Of a stretch of 64,000 nt of DNA, positions 50,596 to 60,531 are shown piece after piece. Source of the DNA: Patellaria atrata CBS 101060 (Eukaryota); assembly GCA_010093705.1 (NCBI GenBank), contig MU006091.1, positions 1,426,001-1,490,000 of the forward strand, read 5' to 3'. Numbering within the stretch: position 1 is the first letter of the stretch; each line of letters starts with the position of its first letter. The translations under genes and the position numbers were made by a program. The notes beneath the pieces were generated by a model. It saw only the letters and a program-made list of their open reading frames with translations, did no database searches and had not been told where the DNA came from.

Positions 50596-51934
50596 GATAT
50601 ACCCCAATCACTTCCGTGATGCTGGAATGGAACACCTCGCTACTCACCTTCGAAATGACACTTCTTAGTCGCTTACCTTCCCGCATCGCCGAACGCCCCT
50701 ACACGAACCTTCATATATACCTTTTATAATCCCTATAATCCTTTCAATCGATTTTTAAGTATCCTTCGCTGAAAGCTGCGTATTATTTATCGGCCTATAT
50801 TCCTAATATATTAGCCCCCAGTTCACGGCCGTGAGTTCTTTAATTATAGGATATACAATTTATTTTCAGGCTAAAATTTGCTATGGTAAGACATTATCAC
50901 CTTCAGTCACCAAGAGAGCGCTGAGCTGCTCGATAACTCTATCTTCTGATCTTCGGACTGTGGCCGCACTGCTCCCAGACACCAAGACCCGGTGCTGCTC
51001 GATAGTAGCGTCAACTACTACAACGCGAGGATGACTACATTTCACTGGATTTCTCCTGTTTGGCACTTTTCTCATTTGACGGTGTGAAAGCCGTGGAAAG
51101 ATCAAAGCAAAGAGTAGGCGGATCATGTTCGAAGATGACTAGATAATGGTGGATGGAGTAGGAGGAAAGGGATGAAGAGGGTGGAATGACCTCTTATGGG
51201 TTATTTGTGAAGGAGATGAGGCGATTCATCTTGTTCTTGTTGCTCGGATTGACATGGCTCTAGGTCTATATAAGGTTATCAGTGAGAGACGAGCAGCCAT
51301 TGGAACCGTTCAAAGGGGAACTGTTATTATGGTCTGGGTGGTGCAAGCCTTTTACTTATAGACCACAGTACGGAGTATTCTCAATGTATTTGTGCTTCTT
51401 CGATTTCGTAAGACTGCAGTGCTTCACTCTTGCTCTGAGTCCTGCAGGCGAACAGTGATATCCATCTATCTACATACTGTCCTTTTTCGGACTAATGCAG
51501 GATTACTAATCATTTTCGTCCAATGATGGAAGCAAAGTAAGTAATTAGCCTAACGTGCGGACAATTATCCACCTTAAGCTGACTGCATGTTCACCCCGCG
51601 GTGATGCAATGTTGAAGAGGGAACTGAGCTGCGATTTCAATTGCTGTCCATGCATGCGAGTGAGCTTCATTGGTGTACTGTTGCTATGCGATTAAAGTGC
51701 CTTTGATTGCGGGGAAGCAAGTTCCCCTGTTTCCATAGCTATCATAACCTGATCAACAAAACAAGGTACCAAAAGCATCTGGCCCCCAGCTTCAGTACAT
51801 GCGGTGCGACTCTGCTGTCGCTTTGCGCCCTCGTATCCATAGACTTGGCGCTCTCATCAATATGGAATGATGGGCAATATATAGGTGCATCGTAGCCCTC
51901 CACTGACGATGAAACAAAGCTTCGCAGCCTCGTC

Positions 51935-54184
51935 ATGGCGTTGCTCCCCTTCCTCGCCTGCTGCGCAACAGCATGGGCTCTTCAGGCTCTCCCTCCTGTT
52001 CAATTTGGTGAACAGAGAGCTAATGCTGAGCCGATAATCTTTCAATCGCTGGCAAAGACGATATACATTGATAACGACTTTGCTGATACTAAGGACTCCG
52101 GAGGCCTCACCCTTATCCCACCATCCGCTTTCGAATTCGCACAAACGTTTCAGAAAGATCTCCAAGAACTCACGGGTGATACATGGGACCTTCGGCGTGT
52201 GGATAGTCTACCCAGCGCAGAAAGCGGCATCTTTCTAGGGGAATTTCGAGGTGACCCTGATGAGCTCACGTATGAAAATGGAGAAGAGACGGAGGAAGGG
52301 TATGAGGTTAGCGTTAGACAACAAAATATCTACATTGGCGGTTCAGGAGCTCGGGGAATGTGGTGGGGAACACGGACGTTGCTGCAACAGTATCTCCTAT
52401 CTGATGGATCTACAATTGGGCCTGGAAGAATTACAGATGCCCCAGCATATGCCACTAGAGGATTTATGCTTGATGCAGGCCGAAAGTGGTATGCGCCGGC
52501 TTTCCTGAAAGATCTCTGTACCTACGCGTCTTTCTTCAAGATGAACGAGTTTCACTACCATAGTAGCGACAATTATCCGCTTAACAGGGGTAACAATGAT
52601 ACCTGGGAGGATGTCTATTCACAGTTCTCACTACAACCAGAGAGCTCAGAACTCCGAGGGATCATACAAAGAGAGAACGAGACATTGTCGCGAGAAGATT
52701 TCAAAGACTTTCAACACCATTGCGCTCAAAGAGGTGTTACTGTTATACCTGAAATTGAAGCACCCGGTCACGCCTTGTCAATCACAAAGTGGAAACCAGA
52801 CCTTGCCTTACCAAAACGAGATCTTCTGGATTTAAGCAATCCGGACAGCCTTGAGACCGTCAAAAGTCTCTGGGAGGAATTTCTCCCATGGTTTCAGACA
52901 AAGGAGGTTCACATAGGAGCCGATGAGTACGATCCTGAACTTGCAGACGACTATATCAACTTTGTTAACGACTTGGCTGACTTCATCGATTCGAAATCTG
53001 GCAAGAGTGTTCGCATCTGGGGTACTCATGAACCATCTGAAGATCTCACAATCAATGAGAACATAATCATCCAACATTGGCAATACGGCCAATCAGACCC
53101 CGTCCAGTTACAAGATGATGGCTACCAGCTCATCAACTCGCAAGACTGGTGGGCATACATGTCCCTTAAAAATGATCACACACCCATCTTCCCAGCACCC
53201 TACCCACAATTCTTTAACGTCACCCGTATCCTGAACTTTGGCGACCGAGAAGGAGAACAATGGCAACCCGCCCTCTTCAACCCTGTAAACTCGACTGAAC
53301 AACTCGAAAATGGCGCGAGTGGTAACAAAGGCGCCATTTTGGCAGCTTGGAATGACAATGGTCCAGATGCTACCACACAACTCGAAGCTTACTACGCCCT
53401 ACGCAAGGGCATCCCCATCGTCGCAGCCCGCGCCTGGACCGGCTCTCGTGGTGACGAACTCATAACCACCAACGTCCTCAGCAACATCGACTTCCTCGCC
53501 TCCGCCGCACCGGGTCAAGATCTCGACCGTCGCCTCGACGGGCCAGCCGCCGCAACTGGCGTCGGACCCCTCGTCACCTGGCCACCTCCAGACGGCGATG
53601 ATGACAGCGATGACGATGATGGTTATACCCTCGACTACGGCAGCAAGGGCATGAACTACTCCCTCGTGATTTACGCTCATGACGCATTCACCCTCCTCTC
53701 CCCGGACGTGACGTTGGAACTCGCCGAATCCGGCGCCCTCACCTTCACCGCAGACGGCACTTCGTACCCCTTGCGCTCGACCGCCGAGCGCGACGGCCTC
53801 GACGGCGCACACCCCGGCCGCATATGGGCGAACGTCACGTCCTCGTCCCACGAACCCGTTTCCGTTGCTTTACCCGTTGGGTTGCATATCACGGGTGACC
53901 CCGTGGGGGGCACGAGGGTGTATATGAACGGTACGTTTGCGGGGAGGTTTGAGGTTCTGGTGTATGGAGGCAGGAATGCGGTGGAGAGTTGGAGTCAGAT
54001 GGCGTTCGTAGCGCCGGTGCAGGAGGTTAAGGGGGGCGTGCATAGGATTGAGGTTTGGGAGGGGGTTAAGACTCCGGAGTTCAATATTACACTTTTGGAG
54101 GAGGGAGGGGTTAGGAGGATTGGAGTGGATGTGGGCATGTTGTTGGTGGTTGTTGGGACGGTTGTGTGGATGTTGATTTTGTAG
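51935..54184 (+). CDS. GH20 beta-N-acetylhexosaminidase, secreted, with C-terminal hydrophobic anchor
   Basis: RGFMLDAGRK, VIPEIEAPGH, and catalytic HIGADE; signal-like N-terminus; hydrophobic C-terminus. True start may be 51909 (see findings). Confidence 0.93.
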   Translation: MALLPFLACCATAWALQALPPVQFGEQRANAEPIIFQSLAKTIYIDNDFADTKDSGGLTLIPPSAFEFAQTFQKDLQELTGDTWDLRRVDSLPSAESGIFLGEFRGDPDELTYENGEETEEGYEVSVRQQNIYIGGSGARGMWWGTRTLLQQYLLSDGSTIGPGRITDAPAYATRGFMLDAGRKWYAPAFLKDLCTYASFFKMNEFHYHSSDNYPLNRGNNDTWEDVYSQFSLQPESSELRGIIQRENETLSREDFKDFQHHCAQRGVTVIPEIEAPGHALSITKWKPDLALPKRDLLDLSNPDSLETVKSLWEEFLPWFQTKEVHIGADEYDPELADDYINFVNDLADFIDSKSGKSVRIWGTHEPSEDLTINENIIIQHWQYGQSDPVQLQDDGYQLINSQDWWAYMSLKNDHTPIFPAPYPQFFNVTRILNFGDREGEQWQPALFNPVNSTEQLENGASGNKGAILAAWNDNGPDATTQLEAYYALRKGIPIVAARAWTGSRGDELITTNVLSNIDFLASAAPGQDLDRRLDGPAAATGVGPLVTWPPPDGDDDSDDDDGYTLDYGSKGMNYSLVIYAHDAFTLLSPDVTLELAESGALTFTADGTSYPLRSTAERDGLDGAHPGRIWANVTSSSHEPVSVALPVGLHITGDPVGGTRVYMNGTFAGRFEVLVYGGRNAVESWSQMAFVAPVQEVKGGVHRIEVWEGVKTPEFNITLLEEGGVRRIGVDVGMLLVVVGTVVWMLIL

Positions 54185-54663
54185 TGTTTTGTGCGTGGGG
54201 GATGAGATGAGGTGGATCTTTTGAGGTTGTTGGATGAGGAGGAGTTGTAATATTTATTTTTGGGAGGGAAGGGATGGAGGGAACTATATATCTACTGGGA
54301 AGGCGTAATGATATATGACTCAATCTATATTTTCGGCTTTAAATGTCTCCTGATAACATGGTTTGTAAAATGAATAAAAATTAACGACTACCCCGACTCT
54401 CTATGTTCTTTGGATCTTAGTTTCAGAACCAAATATATCAAACCATGCTTCCCAGGGAAGTTAAGTTGGGTAATAGCTTCTACTACACCTCATCCCCTCT
54501 CCTCTCCCCCAATTGTCCTCAACATCCCCCTACCAAACCCCCTGTCTTATCGACTACCACTACCACCCGCCATCCCACCAATAGCCCACCCAACAATCTC
54601 CAGCGCGATTCAAAACCCCGAAACAATCACGACGGACAGCGGCGCCATCTTTATCTTTTGACG

Positions 54664-54673
54664 TCAACAGCAG

Positions 54674-54710
<37 letters not shown>

Positions 54711-55535
54711 NNNNNNNNNNNNNNNNNNNNNNNNNNNNNNNNNNNNNNNNNNNNNNNNNNNNNNNNNNNNNNNNNNNNNNNNNNNNNNNNNNNNNNNNNN
54801 NNNNNNNNNNCCACAACCGCTGCTTCCCCCGCCTCCACATCCACTCGACCCTCCTCCACCACTACTTCCTCCACCACATCCAGACCCGAAACCACCGGAA
54901 CCACCACCGCCCCCGGAGCTAGAATCCCCCCCTCCGTCTCTTCCCGCAGAAGAATAAGAATACGACGTCCCGTAACCCTCCCCTCCTCCAGGGCTTAACG
55001 AACTACCCGCAGCATAGGACCCCACTCCGGTCTTCGAATTTCCGGATCTACGACTCGGCGTCGAAGTCGAACTCGGGACCACGCCCGCATTCACACCCAC
55101 AGTCGTCGGAATCGCGAGCGATGAAAACGCACCGGGACCGAAACCGGACGCCGTCGTGGCGGTGGGGGCGGAGGCGCCCGTGAGGGCTGCTTTGTCATTC
55201 TCTCTTCCCCTTTCTTGGTAGTTCTCTTTACTGTTGGCTCTGTCTTTTCCTTGGGGACCGGATCCCGTCGCGAGATCGCACGTATCAGCCATAGGACTCC
55301 AGGTTGACGTCCCCAACGCTGTCCTATCGACCGCCGGCGAGGGAGAGGACTGGGTCGTCGTGCGATGGCTGGGTTTTTTGGGCGATTTGGTGTTGGAGAC
55401 GTCAGGAGAGGGTGTGTGCGTGTGGTGGTAGGATGGGGAGCGGTTGGGTTTTTCTGCTGGTTTTTCCGCCGGGAAGGGAGGGGTTTTCTTTTTTCTGTGG
55501 AAGCGGAAGGGGGCGAGGAGGTTGGGGAGGTGCAT
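54664..55535 (-). CDS. Orphan low-complexity protein with Gly/Ser/Cys-rich C-terminal tail (interrupted by a gap)
   Basis: ORF from CAAAATG at 55535 is open into the gap with GGGDSSSGGGGGSGGFGSGCGGG. Beyond the gap, poly-Gly then TGC TGT TGA at 54672-54664. Confidence 0.6.
54711..54810. other. Assembly gap (100 N) next to a long C run
   Basis: N run. Confidence 1.
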
Positions 55536-57686
55536 TTTGGGTTTGATGGTTCCGCTGAGAGGGTTGGGATAGTGATGGGATGGGATTTATAGTGGATTTT
55601 ATGGCTTTGGACGAGGCTGGGAGAGGAAGTGGGTTTGTGGGATAAAAGTTTGGGTTTAGAGGAAATTTGGTTGGGCTATATATCTTATAAGGGTGTTAAA
55701 TGGAGAAAAGATGTGTCAAGTTGACTTTTAGAGACCGCCTTGGTTGTGCCTTATACTTGTTTAAGGCTGAAGTCTGCCACGAGGCCAAATCTCTCGGCCT
55801 GGGATATCGCATTCTTCGCTTCCTGCTATGATGCTATAATGAAGAGTTGTATATGAAGGGGTGGAGACGAGGTTTGGAAGTAGTGGGTGGGCTGTGTGTT
55901 GATAGTGGTAAGGCTGAGGAGCATAGTAGGGCTAAGGTACCTGTGTCCGGTGCAGTTGATAGATTGATAGAACTAGCGGAAGTTGCGGAAAGAGAAAGTT
56001 TGTGTTCTTTGACTCAATATTCATGACTTTTCTTTTCTTTTCTTTTTTTTTTTTTTAAAAAAAATAGATACTGAAATAGCGAAAAACTGCTTACCCTTTC
56101 TCATGTTGTTGAAGTATACCTTGGCAGTTTACATGAGGTACTGCTGTGGTATTGACGTTGTGGCGCGGGTAGAGAAGCCTACAGCAAGAGAAGTTACCTG
56201 GCGTACTTTACAACATGTAACATGAATTCAGCCTTCCCGGGTGCTCTATACATGAATCTAAAAATGGTTTAATGGAATAATCAATGTTAGAACAGCAGAG
56301 CAGTCGATTGCAAACTCCTCCGTATGGAGTTGTGCAGAGAGTATAGGGCATGTCCCGCAGTCCTTTTTGACTGCGGTGATCATCAAAGTTGCGCTTGACC
56401 GCTATGCTACGGCTCTAAAGGATCATTCTATCTGTTTAAAGAAGAATATTGTCTCAAATGGAGTAGAGAATTGCATGTGGTATGTATCGAAGACGTTGAG
56501 AGAACTAATTTTCTGCATAGACCTGATGATGACCACGGAACAACGGTTTGAACTAGAGAGAGCCGGTCGATAAAACGAGATCCTAAAGAGATGAAGCCGC
56601 CGCCATCTACGTCAATTTTTAATCACTGAGGGATGTTCTTGAAGCTCTCTGTCTAGATCTTGAAGCTCGAAAACGGTAAGTTAATGGCTTTTCCCCATTA
56701 GATTTCGGTGTTTGGAGTTGTTTTGCAGTCTTAATCTCTGTTGTATGCCGATGACCAGCATGACACCGCCTTCTAAAGTGCGCATGGAGACCATAAAATC
56801 TTCTCAACCTATATGCCGCCTAGGAGATCGAGATGCAAGCGTTTGAGGCCTTGGAAACACGCGTTTTATCAACCTATCGAGCTATATCAAGCAGGGAATA
56901 GAGGCCTTAGAGTGCGGGTAACTGGAGGAGCGGAATTGACACGATGATCCGGATATAGATTAGCCGTTCAGACTTGAAGCCACTCAAAGCCACTGTATTC
57001 GCGATTCCTTGCGTCAGCTTGAGTGCCTTGGGTGTTCACATCCAATCAATTCGAACATCTATCCATATTCCGGAGCTGATGCGTTGTTCGTCCAGACTCT
57101 AGAGCAAGGAACGTCTGAAAAGGTCTTTTTACTCTCTTTTTACCCCTCTCGTCTGGTCGTGTCGTGTCACTATCTTCCTGCAAGCTTGTTGCATCTTCAG
57201 CTCCACCTCTTTCTCCTCCTCCTTCCCATGAGACTTGATTGTTCTGCTTGTAGATTGTCTTTCCGCTGTCAAAGACTGTTTCATTTCCACAATTTTTTTT
57301 TTTGGAATTCTTCTGGCAGCTGTGATCAATCGCAAAATTCCTTCTTGTCCGTGCTTTGGCGCTTGGGAAGCGACAAGCCATCCCGTCCTTGGATCAGTCA
57401 GCCAAGGATCATCTTCACTCCGTCAGCACGCTCAGAGAACTTCACTTCGTCTCCTATACTCCTCGACACGACCATATCCTCCTCTTACGACCTTATTGAC
57501 CCTTCAAAACGACCATTCGAACACTTCCCCGTACGATAACGCGTTAGAACTTCTTCAGGACCATATAGTAAACATACCCTTATCTCATACTCCGATACCA
57601 CCGGACTGCTTCTTACCATCCGACATTACGCGACTTCACGCGTCGACGACTTCGAAACGGCTCTTGGAGAGCGTTAAAGGTCAAAA

Positions 57687-59909
57687 ATGAGCTCAATGTC
57701 GTTGTCAGCGATGACTTCGACGCGTAGAGCACCCCCTATGGAGATTTTCCAGGATCCGGTTACCTCCTCAGAACAGAATGGAGTAGTTGAAGTGGAATCT
57801 GCGCTCTTTGCAGCATTAAGACCAGTCACGGACGTGTCAGCGGCTCAAAATAATATTTTAAAGCCTACTATGCCTAGTTCGAATGGCATATCACCGTCGA
57901 AAGCGCCAAGAAAATCAGATGCACATGTTCAGATATTCACAGAAAGTAACCTATTTTCAATCGGGATACCTCCACCTGATCATCCGGCCTTTCACACAGA
58001 CTCACCCACTAAGAAAATCTTACCGCCCAAGGCCCCACTCAATTTTAAACCCACAAAATCACAGTGTGCTCCTTTCTTTTCCACGTTCCAATCAACTCCA
58101 TCTCTCGATAAGGAAAACATCTACAATCCCTCTTTGTACAGCGATTCTTTCACAGGTTATTCTGATCCTACTTACGGATACAAGTATCCAAAGAAGCGCG
58201 CTCTATCAGACGCGATGCCTCTCAATGATCGCTCGAACAAGAGATCCAAAGCTCCGGAATCCGAACCAGCGGGACCAATGGCTCCACAAGTCGCTAGTTC
58301 AGACCTTCCAGACGTGACGGATATGCCTATAATTGAGGATGACGGAAATAAACCTCCTTACAGCTATGCTACTCTGATCGGTTTTGCAATTCTTCGTACC
58401 ACCAATCGTCGCCTCACACTATCTCAGATCTATAAATGGATCATGGATAATTTCGCGTACTATCGTCAGCCGGACAAGGGCTGGCAGAATTCTATCCGCC
58501 ACAATCTTAGCCTGAACAAAGCTTTCGTCAAGCAAGATCGCCCTAAAGATGATCCGGGAAAAGGCAATTACTGGGTCATCGCGCCGGGCATGGAACAACA
58601 ATTCCTCAAAGACCGTCCAGGCCGTCGTAACACTACTTCTGACGGAGCACCTTTCATCCAGACTATTCACAGCGATATTATTCGTCCATCTACCGCAACT
58701 GCCCCCGGTGATTTACCAGTACAACCAGACATCTCTCTTACGGTTGATTCAAGCAAATTCCCAGAAGAGCCAGAGGCGAGCCTCACAAACATTCCTTCGG
58801 ATGGTACTGTATCAAACTCAGACCCAGCCATACACGATGGGATTGATATCTACGGTCGTCTACCTGATGGTTCTCATCCAAACGGTCGCAACATCCGCTC
58901 AAGCCCTCCACCCCTGGACATTCAGTCCTCTCCACCAACCATGACTCGACCCATTCGCGATGGTACACCGCCCCCAGTACCCCGTTTCCCTTCAAACAGT
59001 CGCTCTGGTGGTCGGAACCGAAAGGCTGTTGGCTTTGGGGATAGTGGTTACTTCTCGTCGCTTGATTCTTCTGTTACACGCGCCAATGCTCGTCCGCTAC
59101 AGCTCACTTCTGAAGTTGACTTTGAGCGCCCAAATCTCAAGCGTGGACGTGCTGAAGAAGAGATTGCTCGCATCCGCAGTTCTTCGTACGATTCGCCTAT
59201 CAAGAACCGTGCAATGCTTCATCCTACACCTACAATGGCTTTCTCTTCATCTCCAGATCGTCCCTATGGTAACTCGTTCGATGCTGCCCCTACGCATACT
59301 CCTCTCACCCCCCCTATCGTTTTCAAGAAACCGGCCAAACCCCCCCTTTCTGTCTCCCCCAACACGAATCTTCGAAACCACCGCAATAGAGTTCGTGAGC
59401 TTGTTGGATCTCCTGACAAGAGCCTCTCTGTCTTTGGCAATGAACATCTCGACGTCTCTCTATTTGATAGCCCCCAGTTCAACTTTTGTACCGTTGAAGG
59501 CGACAGCGCCGCAGATAACGATGATCCGTTCTCAATCTTCGCCCGTGACGATTACGGTTATCGTGAGTCCCCTGTACGCTCCGCCAAACGTCCTCGTCTT
59601 ATACGCTCCGCCACAACCTCTGACGCCCTCGCTGCCGTCACCGGCACCATCAAGAAACCTTTCTTCTCGCCTACGGCTTGTTTCCCAGCCGACAACGCGT
59701 TCTTCCAAACGTACGGCGATATGTTCGAAGCACCCTCCCCTTGCAAAGCAGGTCCTACCTCAACCCCTATGTTCAACGATATGGTTACTTTTGATAATCA
59801 TAGTGATGAGGGAAGCGATGACGCTGGAATTGATCTCAGCAAGGGTTTCGCCAAAATTGGCGAGAAGCAAGAAGACAAGAGAAATTCGGCTTTGCACGCC
59901 CACAAGTAG
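57687..59909 (+). CDS. Forkhead transcription factor without FHA domain (Sep1/Hcm1-like)
   Basis: KPPYSYATLIG..RLTLSQIYKWI..GWQNSIRHNLSLNKAFVKQ.RPKDDPGKGNYW; KEN box (DKENI); many SP/TP sites. Confidence 0.93.
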   Translation: MSSMSLSAMTSTRRAPPMEIFQDPVTSSEQNGVVEVESALFAALRPVTDVSAAQNNILKPTMPSSNGISPSKAPRKSDAHVQIFTESNLFSIGIPPPDHPAFHTDSPTKKILPPKAPLNFKPTKSQCAPFFSTFQSTPSLDKENIYNPSLYSDSFTGYSDPTYGYKYPKKRALSDAMPLNDRSNKRSKAPESEPAGPMAPQVASSDLPDVTDMPIIEDDGNKPPYSYATLIGFAILRTTNRRLTLSQIYKWIMDNFAYYRQPDKGWQNSIRHNLSLNKAFVKQDRPKDDPGKGNYWVIAPGMEQQFLKDRPGRRNTTSDGAPFIQTIHSDIIRPSTATAPGDLPVQPDISLTVDSSKFPEEPEASLTNIPSDGTVSNSDPAIHDGIDIYGRLPDGSHPNGRNIRSSPPPLDIQSSPPTMTRPIRDGTPPPVPRFPSNSRSGGRNRKAVGFGDSGYFSSLDSSVTRANARPLQLTSEVDFERPNLKRGRAEEEIARIRSSSYDSPIKNRAMLHPTPTMAFSSSPDRPYGNSFDAAPTHTPLTPPIVFKKPAKPPLSVSPNTNLRNHRNRVRELVGSPDKSLSVFGNEHLDVSLFDSPQFNFCTVEGDSAADNDDPFSIFARDDYGYRESPVRSAKRPRLIRSATTSDALAAVTGTIKKPFFSPTACFPADNAFFQTYGDMFEAPSPCKAGPTSTPMFNDMVTFDNHSDEGSDDAGIDLSKGFAKIGEKQEDKRNSALHAHK

Positions 59910-60531
59910 GCTCAGTGCTAATAACGGAGGTTATACGACGGCGTTTATGAGACACGAGAGACGATTTCACGGGTTATGAGACATGATAGCATGGCGCTGG
60001 CAGGAGTTCACTATGATATGGCGTAATGTGTCGAGGTTTTCCTTGGGTATACTGTGTTGGTTAATTTTATGCTTTGGGGTAACTGCTTTTGGGTTGTTCT
60101 ACTGCTTACAATTATCTTGGCCTATCCTACTTCTTGCTTCATTGCTTGCAATTATGTTGGCCCTATTCTCATGCTCCTTTCTTGGCGCTACTATGATGGC
60201 TTTTCATTGAATCGGAACCTTCTTTTTTGAGAATGAATGTTACTGCATGCTTTGGACTTAGTTTACCTTATTCGACGTATGATAGATAACTGGCGTAGGT
60301 GGATTTTTCGGACTAGCTAGCTTAGGTTCGACTACACTTGCAGCTAGGAATGATTAAGATGATCATATTACTTGGTGTGTTTAGTTGTAATTGTGCTCTC
60401 GTGATATGGTTCTGGGTTTCGGCCCCTTTTTATTGGATGGGCGGTTGGGGACTCGTGATGTGGTGTGTTAGGAGTAGAGTTAGGTTGTTGTCTAAGGTGG
60501 TGATTTATCTACTATGGTGTTTTAAGTATTA

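Noticed and set aside
57009..57690. 176-aa and 151-aa ORFs upstream of the forkhead gene
   Set aside because: TTG starts in a pyrimidine-rich leader where stops are naturally scarce.
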